In this document: positions 1 through 7,086 of the stretch, one piece after another
How the letters are laid out: each line of letters begins with the position of its first letter
Position numbering within the stretch: the stretch's first letter is position 1
Assembly (NCBI GenBank): GCA_963718915.1
Contig: CAVRAI010000004.1
Span: 450,001-482,000 of the forward strand
Direction: 5' to 3'
DNA from: an uncultured Chloroflexia bacterium
GTDB lineage: Bacteria > Chloroflexota > Ktedonobacteria > Ktedonobacterales > JADMIN01
DNA: 32,000 nucleotides
Notes under the pieces: model-generated
What the model was told of the DNA's origin: nothing
The model's input: only the letters and a program-made list of their open reading frames with translations
Database searches by the model: none
Program-made: the position numbers and the translations under genes

Positions 1-789
1 ACGGTACAGGTATGGGATGCGACAACAGGCGTCAAACAGAACACCTTTTTGGGTAGCCCTGGCGCGGTATTGACGGTGGCGTGGTCACGTGATGGGTCTC
101 TCATCGCAGCGGCGGGCGATGATGATTTTGTAGAGGTGTGGCAGGCAGGCAGTAATATCTTTGCCCCTTTGCTTATCTATCGTGGTCACACGAGTGCGGT
201 GAACTCGGTTGCCTGGGCGCCACACGGGGCGCGTATCGCCTCGGCAAGCAGTGACAAGATTGTGGAGGTGTGGGACGCGGTGACAGGCTCGCGCATCTGC
301 ACCTGTATCGGACACGCGAACGCGGTGAACGGCGTGGCCTGGTCGCCTGACGGAACACGCATTGCCTCGGCCAGCGCCGACAAATCGGCGCAGGTGTGGG
401 ATGCGTCAAGGGGAAGCCATGTCTATACCTATCATGGTCACACGGACTGGGTGAATGCGGTGGTCTGGTCACCGGACAGGACGCGCATTGCCTCGGCGAG
501 CAATGATAAAACCGCGCAGGTGTGGGATGCGACGACGGGAGCCAACCCCTACGTCTACCGTGGACACCTGGATTATGTGCTTTCGGTCGCCTGGTCGCCC
601 GACGGTCGGCGCATTGCCTCGGCCAGCTATGACACGACGGTGCAGGTATGGGATGCGTCTGATGGCGCCCACGTCTATACCTACAATGGACACTCAGCGC
701 CAGTGAATTACGTTGCCTGGTCGCCCGATGGGACACGCATTGCCTCGGCCAGCGCTGACAATACCGTACGGATATGGAGTCCCCAATAG
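1..789 (+). CDS. WD40-repeat beta-propeller protein, 5'-truncated by the window edge
   Basis: Frame +1 is open from base 1 (TVQVWDATTG...), so the ORF-track start at 49 is an internal TTG. There are six 42-44 aa units of the form xQVWDAxxGxxxxxYxGHxxxVNxVAWSPDGTRIASASxDxT, the GH...WD signature of WD40 blades. A closing strand VRIWSPQ precedes the stop at 787-789. Confidence 0.85.
   Translation, partial: TVQVWDATTGVKQNTFLGSPGAVLTVAWSRDGSLIAAAGDDDFVEVWQAGSNIFAPLLIYRGHTSAVNSVAWAPHGARIASASSDKIVEVWDAVTGSRICTCIGHANAVNGVAWSPDGTRIASASADKSAQVWDASRGSHVYTYHGHTDWVNAVVWSPDRTRIASASNDKTAQVWDATTGANPYVYRGHLDYVLSVAWSPDGRRIASASYDTTVQVWDASDGAHVYTYNGHSAPVNYVAWSPDGTRIASASADNTVRIWSPQ
130..789 (+). repeat. Tandem coding repeats (WD40 blades), with a 126-nt period for the units starting at 262, 388, 514 and 640
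   Basis: Unit starts (V/A-Q/E-V-W codons) fall at 130, 262, 388, 514, 640 and 766. Long shared nucleotide strings recur once per unit, for example cgcattgcctcggc(c/g)agc and caggt(g/a)tgggatgcg. Confidence 0.85.
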
Positions 790-816
790 AGGCTAGGGAC
801 CCTTCTCTACCACGTA

Positions 817-900
817 CTACTCAAACACTTCGAGAATCCCGTAGCGGGCGTTGCGGACGGCGGGACGAATGTTAGCCGACTCGAATGACACCAATGCTGA
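817..900 (-). pseudogene. Remnant of the 3' end of an mqnC-like radical SAM gene
   Basis: The reverse-strand translation reads ...FESANIRPAVRNARYGILEVFE* with the stop at 817-819. The intact mqnC ends ...KAGFRPAVRNSRYEILQVFE* with the stop at 3187-3189. The last 18 codons match at about three quarters of nucleotides by eye. Similarity decays by about 900 and there is no upstream ORF continuity. Confidence 0.6.
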
Positions 901-901
901 T

Positions 902-1357
902 TCATTGGTACCGCTCTGAGAGCGTGAGTCCGGGCCGTTCGTCATCCCAGGCCATCGAGCTGATTTTCCAGCCGGTGGGCGTCGCGATGAACTGTATTAC
1001 GATCACGCCACGACCCTCGATCGTCGTCCCCGCACTGAGGCCATGTTTCTCATATATGCTAAAGCGGTGGGCAACGTTGCCAAATATTTCTGTGATCTCC
1101 GCCGTTTCAGATTCTCGCAAGCTTTTGAGTTCGCCCGACTCAACCATGCGTTGGCGTGGCTCGATGAACTGGCGGACGGTATAGATCTCTGGCGAGGACG
1201 AACTGTTCTTGATGATCTGTCCGCTCTCGATAAAGATGTCGTACAGATTTACGTACGGTGGAGTCTCACCGTCATCGAACGAGACGGCCCGGTAGAACGC
1301 AGCCGTCAGGGTATCTATCTCGGCCTTACTGCCTGATTCGTCGTCGTCAATTTTCAT
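902..1357 (-). CDS. NTF2-like / SnoaL-like (DUF4440-type) small protein
   Basis: I place the start at the ATG at 1355-1357 (MKIDDDESGSKAEIDTLTAAFYRAV...). The upstream part of the track ORF is Cys/Arg-rich junk. The size (151 aa) and pattern (helix IDTLTAAFYRA, then beta-rich C-terminal half ending ...VIVIQFIATPTGWKISSMAW) fit an NTF2-like cone fold. This is a family-level call only. Confidence 0.6.
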   Translation of the reverse strand: MKIDDDESGSKAEIDTLTAAFYRAVSFDDGETPPYVNLYDIFIESGQIIKNSSSSPEIYTVRQFIEPRQRMVESGELKSLRESETAEITEIFGNVAHRFSIYEKHGLSAGTTIEGRGVIVIQFIATPTGWKISSMAWDDERPGLTLSERYQ

Positions 1358-1555
1358 ATAACATCCCTTACCTGCCAGCACCAGCCTCGTCGAAGCTGTC
1401 AGTCTGTCTTGTGAAGGCCTCGCCGTTGCGCACCTAAATGCCCAAAGTCGCTCCGTTGCATCTATACAAGTAGCAGCATCTCCTATATGATTACAACACG
1501 GAACCATTGTTCGCCAGATCAAGATGCGCTATCAAGCCGCTGAGGATGTAACGCA

Positions 1556-3166
1556 ATGCTGTATAAAACTGCGTTCATGAGCCATGCACATGCTGATAAC
1601 GCCAAGTGCGATCCCTATGCGGATGTTTTGCAGAAACGTGGCATCAGCCTTTATTATGACCGCGCTAATCCACAGGTTGGCCGTGACCTCGGCATAACGC
1701 TGGAGCGTGAAATCCAGCAGGCCAACGCTTTGATCGTGATGGTGACTCCTTCAGCGCTCAAATCTTTTTGGGTAACTGAAGAAATCAGCATGTTCTTCTC
1801 ACTCATGGCACAGGATCCGTCGCGATTGCTGATCCCGGTGAAGCTGGAGCCTTGCCAATTGCCGCCCCGCCTTGCTGCCCGATGGTGGATTGATGCGACA
1901 ACTCTGCCAATGCCGCAGGTGGTGGATCAATTGGCCAAAGCGCTCGAAGTGGCAGGCCCACCGTTCGTTTCATCGCCTGCACCGTCGCCTTCTGTGCGCC
2001 CTCCGGACGTCGGTGCTACACCCGCGACGACCAGCACCCCATCGTCGGCTCCCGTTCGGCCAACGGAGCAGCCAAAGCCAGCGCCTTCATCTCCTCAGCA
2101 GACGATACCCACGCCCAGGCCACCTCTGGTATCTCAACCCGCTCCTGGCGGCAACCCTAATATGGGCATCTCCCGCCGCGCGCTCATCGTGACAGGAGCA
2201 GTCGGTGTAGCCGCAATCGGCACAGGGATCATTTGGTGGTCGCGCACTAACTATATATCAGGTGTATCCAACATTCCCAGGGCGACGTCGACGCCAGCCA
2301 CTCTCTTCACCTACCGCGGCCATACAGGAGATGTACTGTCTGTTTCGTGGTCACCAGATGGGACACGAGTTGCCTCGGCTGATGCTAATGGAACTGTACG
2401 AGTGTGGGATGCAGCGGATGGCGGCCATCCCTATGGTGTCGACGCAAGTAGTGTAACTTCCGTTGCTTGGTCGCCTAAAGGGAATCGGATCGCTTCTGCT
2501 GGTGCAACGATGCAGATATGGGATGCGGCGGATGGTGGCAACTTAGCAACCTTTCAAGGATTTGGCGGGTTTGCCGCTTGGTCGCCTAGCGGGGTACATA
2601 TTGCGTCGGGCAAGGGAGATTCTAATGGTCCGTTCATACAAGTATGGAATGCAGCCGACGGTCGCGATGTGGTTGCTTATCATGGTGACTTCGCCCGACC
2701 GACATGCTCGGCCTGGTCGCCAAGTGGTATGTTCATTGCTTCCGGTGATGGATTTTTGAGGACTGTGCAGGTGTGGAACGCAGCCAGCGGCGGGCATGCG
2801 TTTACCTACAGCGGCCACTCTGCCGCCGTGCATTATGTTGCCTGGTCGCCAAATGGGATCCGAATAGCCTCTTGTAGTGGCGACGGGACGGTGCAGGTGT
2901 GGGATGCGGTCAATGGTGACAACCCATATACACATAGCGGTCACTCAGGGCAGGTATATTGTGTCTCATGGAATCCAAACGGTACGCGAGTAGTTTCTTG
3001 TTGCGATGATGGAACTGTGCAGGTGTGGGATGCGATCGATGGCGGCCATCCCTATATCTATCGTGGCCACTCGGATATAGTGTGGTCCGTGGCGTGGTCG
3101 CCTAATGGCACGCATATCGCTTCAGCGAGTCGAGACGGCACTGTACAGATCTGGCAACCGCAATAG
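1556..3166 (+). CDS. TIR domain, Pro-rich linker, single TM (twin-arginine-like) and WD40 propeller protein
   Basis: Residues 4-125 look like TIR_2: AFMSHAHAD (betaA), ISLYYD, ALIVMVTP, SFWVTEE (W72-x3-E76) and LLIPVKL. Residues 135-200 are a P/S/T-rich linker. Residues 205-228 read ISRRALIVTGAVGVAAIGTGIIWW (nt 2174-2239). About seven WD40 blades follow, and the protein ends TVQIWQPQ* like the gene at 1-789. A GAGGA sits about 10 nt upstream of the ATG. Confidence 0.9.
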   Translation: MLYKTAFMSHAHADNAKCDPYADVLQKRGISLYYDRANPQVGRDLGITLEREIQQANALIVMVTPSALKSFWVTEEISMFFSLMAQDPSRLLIPVKLEPCQLPPRLAARWWIDATTLPMPQVVDQLAKALEVAGPPFVSSPAPSPSVRPPDVGATPATTSTPSSAPVRPTEQPKPAPSSPQQTIPTPRPPLVSQPAPGGNPNMGISRRALIVTGAVGVAAIGTGIIWWSRTNYISGVSNIPRATSTPATLFTYRGHTGDVLSVSWSPDGTRVASADANGTVRVWDAADGGHPYGVDASSVTSVAWSPKGNRIASAGATMQIWDAADGGNLATFQGFGGFAAWSPSGVHIASGKGDSNGPFIQVWNAADGRDVVAYHGDFARPTCSAWSPSGMFIASGDGFLRTVQVWNAASGGHAFTYSGHSAAVHYVAWSPNGIRIASCSGDGTVQVWDAVNGDNPYTHSGHSGQVYCVSWNPNGTRVVSCCDDGTVQVWDAIDGGHPYIYRGHSDIVWSVAWSPNGTHIASASRDGTVQIWQPQ

Positions 3167-3186
3167 ATAGCAAGAAGTTGCTGTTG

Positions 3187-4308
3187 TTACTCGAACACCT
3201 GCAGAATCTCATAGCGGCTGTTGCGGACGGCGGGGCGGAAGCCAGCCTTGCGAATCTGCGCCTGAATCTGCTCGACCGTCATGCAGGTGCCGACGTCGGC
3301 CCCGGCGGCGCTGACCACGTTTTCCTCCATCATCGTGCTGCCAAAGTCGTTCGCGCCACAGTGCAGCGCCTCGCGCGCCAGGTCGGCCCCCTGCGAGGGC
3401 CACGACGCGCTGATGTTCTCGAAGTTATCCAGCATGATGCGGGCAAACGCGACCATCCGCAGATACTCGTCGCCGCTGGCGCGCGTGCCGCCCATCGCGG
3501 TGTGCTCCGGCTGGTAGCTCCAGACGATAAAGCTGGTGAAGCCGTTGCCATTGTAGGCATGGCTCTCGTCTTGCAGGTCGCGCAGCCGTGTCAGGTGTAG
3601 CACGCGCTCTTCGATCTCCTCGTCAAAGCCAAAGACCATCGTTGCTGAGGTCGTCATCCCCTCGCGCTGGGCCAGCCGCTCCGCCTCGATCCAGCTTTCC
3701 CATGTCCCCTTATGCGGCGCGATGCGGTTGCGCGTGTGGTTATCCAGAATCTCCGCGCCGCCGCCGGGCAGACCGTCCATCCCCGCCTCATGCAGCCGGT
3801 GCAGCACCTCGTCCAGCGGCATCTTCATGATGCGGGCGATATTCCAGACCTCAACCGGGGAGAAGCCGTCGATCTGAATCTCCGGGAAATGCTCTTTGAG
3901 GTAACGCAGCAGCCCTTCGTAGTAGTCGATCTTGAGGTAGGGATTGACGCCGCCCTGCAAGAGCACGCGCGAGCCGCCCCAGGCGCGTAGCTCTGCCATC
4001 TTCGCGCTAATCTGCTCATTGGTCAGCAGGTAGGCCTCGGAGCTGGCGGGCTTGCGATAGAACGCGCAGAAGCCGCAGTCCACGATGCAGACGTTGGTGT
4101 AGTTGATGTTGCGATCCACCAGATAAGTGACGATCCCCTCAGGATGCCGCTTCTGGCGGATGGCGTCGGCGGCTCGTTTCAACTCGTCGGTCGTCGCCGT
4201 CTGATAGAGATGGATGCCCTCATCGAGACTAATGCGGCCACCGTTGATGGCGCGTTCTAGCAACTCACTCGGCGTTGTCGTGATCGTTTGCATCGTTCCA
4301 TACCTCAA
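3187..4308 (-). CDS. mqnC: Cyclic dehypoxanthinyl futalosine synthase (radical SAM, MqnC type)
   Basis: The motif NINYTNVCIVDCGFCAFY gives CxxxCxxC. GFTSFIVWSYQPEHT, FGSTMMEENVVSAAGA and the C-terminus AGFRPAVRNSRYEILQVFE are also present. These motifs match MqnC as I recall it better than MqnE (MqnE: NMTNVCxxxCxYCSF, FIPLRYQ). Confidence 0.8.
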   Translation of the reverse strand: MRYGTMQTITTTPSELLERAINGGRISLDEGIHLYQTATTDELKRAADAIRQKRHPEGIVTYLVDRNINYTNVCIVDCGFCAFYRKPASSEAYLLTNEQISAKMAELRAWGGSRVLLQGGVNPYLKIDYYEGLLRYLKEHFPEIQIDGFSPVEVWNIARIMKMPLDEVLHRLHEAGMDGLPGGGAEILDNHTRNRIAPHKGTWESWIEAERLAQREGMTTSATMVFGFDEEIEERVLHLTRLRDLQDESHAYNGNGFTSFIVWSYQPEHTAMGGTRASGDEYLRMVAFARIMLDNFENISASWPSQGADLAREALHCGANDFGSTMMEENVVSAAGADVGTCMTVEQIQAQIRKAGFRPAVRNSRYEILQVFE

Positions 4309-4319
4309 TTCAGCGGCGG

Positions 4320-4751
4320 CTAATCATAACCAGCGATATCCGCCCGCGCGATAATCTTACTCGGCCTCACCCGCACCAGATATTCGCCGGGGACGCCGTT
4401 GCGTTTACCAAACTCCTCGGCGCGATCAGCGCCCATATAGCGCCTGCCAATCACTGTCGCCCAGCGTACCAGATCACCCAGGTCGTCCGAGAGCGTGACA
4501 GTTCCCTCGACGATGACGAAGCTGTAGGGCGGTTCCTGATCGTCGACAACGAGCGTCACGCGCGGATCGCGATGCAGATGGCGCGTCATGACGTAGCTCT
4601 CGTGCGTCGTGAAGAGCAGGTCGTCACCGTCAAGTACGAACCAGACCGGCTTGACGTGCGGCAGCCCATTGGCGCGCACGGTGGCTACCTTGGCGGTGCG
4701 CGTGCCTGTCAGCAGGAACGCTTTATATTCGGTCTCGGTCATTGTATGCAT
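4320..4751 (-). CDS. PPOX-class (pyridoxamine 5'-phosphate oxidase-like) probable F420/FMN-dependent protein
   Basis: The protein is 143 aa. Motifs are TRTAKVATVRANGLPHVKPVWFVLDGDDLLFTT, RHLHRDPRVTLVVDD and SFVIVEGTV, typical of the split-barrel PPOX family. It starts 15 nt after the upstream stop and ends 11 nt before the mqnC start. Confidence 0.7.
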   Translation of the reverse strand: MHTMTETEYKAFLLTGTRTAKVATVRANGLPHVKPVWFVLDGDDLLFTTHESYVMTRHLHRDPRVTLVVDDQEPPYSFVIVEGTVTLSDDLGDLVRWATVIGRRYMGADRAEEFGKRNGVPGEYLVRVRPSKIIARADIAGYD

Positions 4752-4766
4752 GACGGCGCATCTCCT

Positions 4767-6089
4767 CTAGGCAGGCGCGGCGACCTCTTCGAGCACGTCC
4801 ATGAACGGGCTGACCGAGAAGACGGCTTTACCTGGCCCTGCCTCACCATAGCCCGGTGGCGGCGCGAGGCGGTGGCGGCGCATGGTCTCGCGGTAGACCT
4901 CGAGCAGCCGCAGGTGATATTCCAGCGGCGCGCCCTCCGGGTTCGCATCGCCCAGTGGTGTCATCGGCTCCGGACACCACGTCGTAAACCGGGGCGTGAT
5001 GCCCTTCGACATGAAGAACTCTAGCCCCTCGGCGGTCGAACGAATCGCGTCCTCCACCTCAGTATACCCGTACGGTTGCGCCATCTCGACGCCCGCGACA
5101 AAGTTCGGGATGACGCGCGCCGGGCCGAAGACCTCGCCCGCCTCCACGATGCGCCGAATCCATTCGTCGCGGCCAATGTAGCGCGTCTTGCCGGGGCAGA
5201 TCTTCGGGAAGAGGTCAGGATCCCAGACCTCATAGTTCGGGTGATATATCTGTGCGCCCGCCTCTTTCAGCCGCCGGACATCCGCGACTGGCCACGCCTG
5301 CGTCACCACTTTGCTGATCCAGCGGCCAGGGAAGCGGCGCTCGATGGCCTCGACGTACTGGGCATAGAACTCGACCTCGTTTTTGCCCTGCAACGTGGAG
5401 GTGACGCTGCCGCCAGTGATAGTGTACGCCTGGCTCTCGCTGCCGCTAGCGTCAATCGCTTCGAGCGCGGCGATGATATCCGCCACCGACTTGACGCCAG
5501 TATAGGGCCGACCCTCCTGGATTTGCTGGCGATAATTGTTGTTGATGTCGCAGAACTGGCACTCTTCTTTCGCGCCGAAATACTGGCAGACGCGGAAGAC
5601 AGTCAGATAGAGCAGATAGCCCCACTCGATAGTGGGCGCGATCTCGGCAACGGGGCGGCTATCCGGCAGCTTCGCCCGATAGTAGGGTGGCAGGTCGTGT
5701 AGCCCAACCTCGGCCACCGGCTCGCCGTCGATATGCAGCCAGAGCGCGCCGTCATGCGGAGCGACATGGTACGGCGAGGCGGGATTCAGCCGGGTGGAGA
5801 CGATGGTGCGGCGCAGATTCCAGCGGCCACCTGTCAGCGCGATCTCTTCGGGAGCATGCCACTTCTGCGTCTCGTCAAGCTGCTTCTGGCGCACCATGTC
5901 GAACGAGAAGATGAAGTAGGACTTCGGCTGATGCTCGCGCGCCGCATGCTCGCCATCCCCGGCGGGGAGAATGAGCGCGCCTTCATCGAAGGAAATGCCC
6001 ACACGCAGCAGGTCGGCCTTCAGCACTGCCTCGCGCGGCAGCGTCTTGTGGCGGGCGAATTGCCCTTCCAGCAAATCCAGTTGTCGCAT
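4767..6089 (-). CDS. Radical-SAM-like enzyme with a non-canonical Cys cluster (C-x8-C-x2-C), function unknown
   Basis: The preferred start is the ATG at 6087-6089 (MRQLDLLEG), with GAGGA about 9 nt upstream. The track start at 6113 is a GTG. The only Cys cluster is VCQYFGAKEECQFCD. Downstream YTITGGS (GGE-like) and TIM-barrel-like periodicity are present. I recognise no named family. Confidence 0.6.
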   Translation of the reverse strand: MRQLDLLEGQFARHKTLPREAVLKADLLRVGISFDEGALILPAGDGEHAAREHQPKSYFIFSFDMVRQKQLDETQKWHAPEEIALTGGRWNLRRTIVSTRLNPASPYHVAPHDGALWLHIDGEPVAEVGLHDLPPYYRAKLPDSRPVAEIAPTIEWGYLLYLTVFRVCQYFGAKEECQFCDINNNYRQQIQEGRPYTGVKSVADIIAALEAIDASGSESQAYTITGGSVTSTLQGKNEVEFYAQYVEAIERRFPGRWISKVVTQAWPVADVRRLKEAGAQIYHPNYEVWDPDLFPKICPGKTRYIGRDEWIRRIVEAGEVFGPARVIPNFVAGVEMAQPYGYTEVEDAIRSTAEGLEFFMSKGITPRFTTWCPEPMTPLGDANPEGAPLEYHLRLLEVYRETMRRHRLAPPPGYGEAGPGKAVFSVSPFMDVLEEVAAPA

Positions 6090-6175
6090 AGTCTTGTCCT
6101 CTATTCTGAGCACTGCGCTACGGTGCGCGGGCGGTTAAAACCGCGCCTGAACTGCCTCACTGCGCTCCGCCACAA

Positions 6176-6193
6176 AGTCCGCCTACGCGGACT
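6176..6193. repeat. GC-rich hairpin unit (REP-like): agtccgc-ctac-gcggact
   Basis: A perfect 7-bp stem with a 4-nt loop lies in the 82-nt mqnA/rSAM spacer. With its flanks (c[a/g]caaag[t/g]ccgcctacgcgg[a/c]ctc) it matches the reverse complement of 22775-22805. Confidence 0.6.
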
Positions 6194-6195
6194 CC

Positions 6196-7086
6196 TTAAG
6201 ATTCGCCAATGAAACGCGCATCCGACCAGCGAAAATCGGGCACGGCCATCTCCAGGAAGTGGCGCAGGCCCGCCAGGTCGCGCGTCCCCAGGTCATAATC
6301 TAGCAGCCGCAGGTAGCGCGCGCAGACCGCTATTGGCAGATCAAGCCGCGCTGCTGCCTCTTGCGCCAGCCGATCCAGGTCGGCGATACCGCGCTCACGG
6401 GATAGGTGGAGAAGCCTCACCACCTCGCTGGCGGCGATGGCTTCCGCCCGCTCGGCACGCGCCGCCCAGACCGAGAAACAGAACGGCAGCCCCGTCCACG
6501 CCCGCCACTCGGTCGCCAGATCGAAGACATGCGGCTGGCCTTGGCCCGCGATGGTACGCCGCAGGTGGCCCTCGCGCAAGGCGATATCGCCAATCAAGAG
6601 CGCGGCGTCATGCTCGGCTAGCATCGCGTCGAGGTCGGGAGGCTGTGTCACATAGCGCGGCTGGATGCCGTAGCGCCGCTCCGCGAGTAGCCTGACCAGC
6701 GCCACCGAGGTCGCCGAATGGTCGGTCAGGGCGATGCTGCGGCCGTCGAGCGCGCGCCAGTCGTCGCGCCACGAGAAGAGCAGCACACTCTCAACCGCGC
6801 CATGAGCCGCGACTGAGAGATGTGGTATCAGCAGCCACTCGCGCGCATGTTCGCCAAAAGCAACACTCGAGACGTTCGAGACGTCAATCGCCCCTGAAAG
6901 CAGCGCCTGATTCATCTGCGCGGGCGTGCCCGCAACCGTCTCGATACTGGGGAGGCCGCTCGTCGCCATCTGGCCCAGCAGCCAGTCGTAGACCGGCACG
7001 CAGTTCAGGTAGTCGATCACGCCAAGGCGCGCGGGCAGTGTCTGGCGTGCGTCTCCAGTCGTGGCGATGGCTGCCTCATGCGTCAT
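6196..7086 (-). CDS. mqnA: Chorismate dehydratase (futalosine pathway MqnA)
   Basis: I place the start at the ATG at 7084-7086 (MTHEAAIATTG...). The motif RLGVIDYLNCVPVY is the MqnA-type YLN..P motif, not the MqnD-type SPCPND. The periplasmic-binding-like fold family VitK2_biosynth fits. The upstream 60 codons of the track ORF overlap the TetR gene and are Arg/Cys-rich. Confidence 0.8.
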   Translation of the reverse strand: MTHEAAIATTGDARQTLPARLGVIDYLNCVPVYDWLLGQMATSGLPSIETVAGTPAQMNQALLSGAIDVSNVSSVAFGEHAREWLLIPHLSVAAHGAVESVLLFSWRDDWRALDGRSIALTDHSATSVALVRLLAERRYGIQPRYVTQPPDLDAMLAEHDAALLIGDIALREGHLRRTIAGQGQPHVFDLATEWRAWTGLPFCFSVWAARAERAEAIAASEVVRLLHLSRERGIADLDRLAQEAAARLDLPIAVCARYLRLLDYDLGTRDLAGLRHFLEMAVPDFRWSDARFIGES

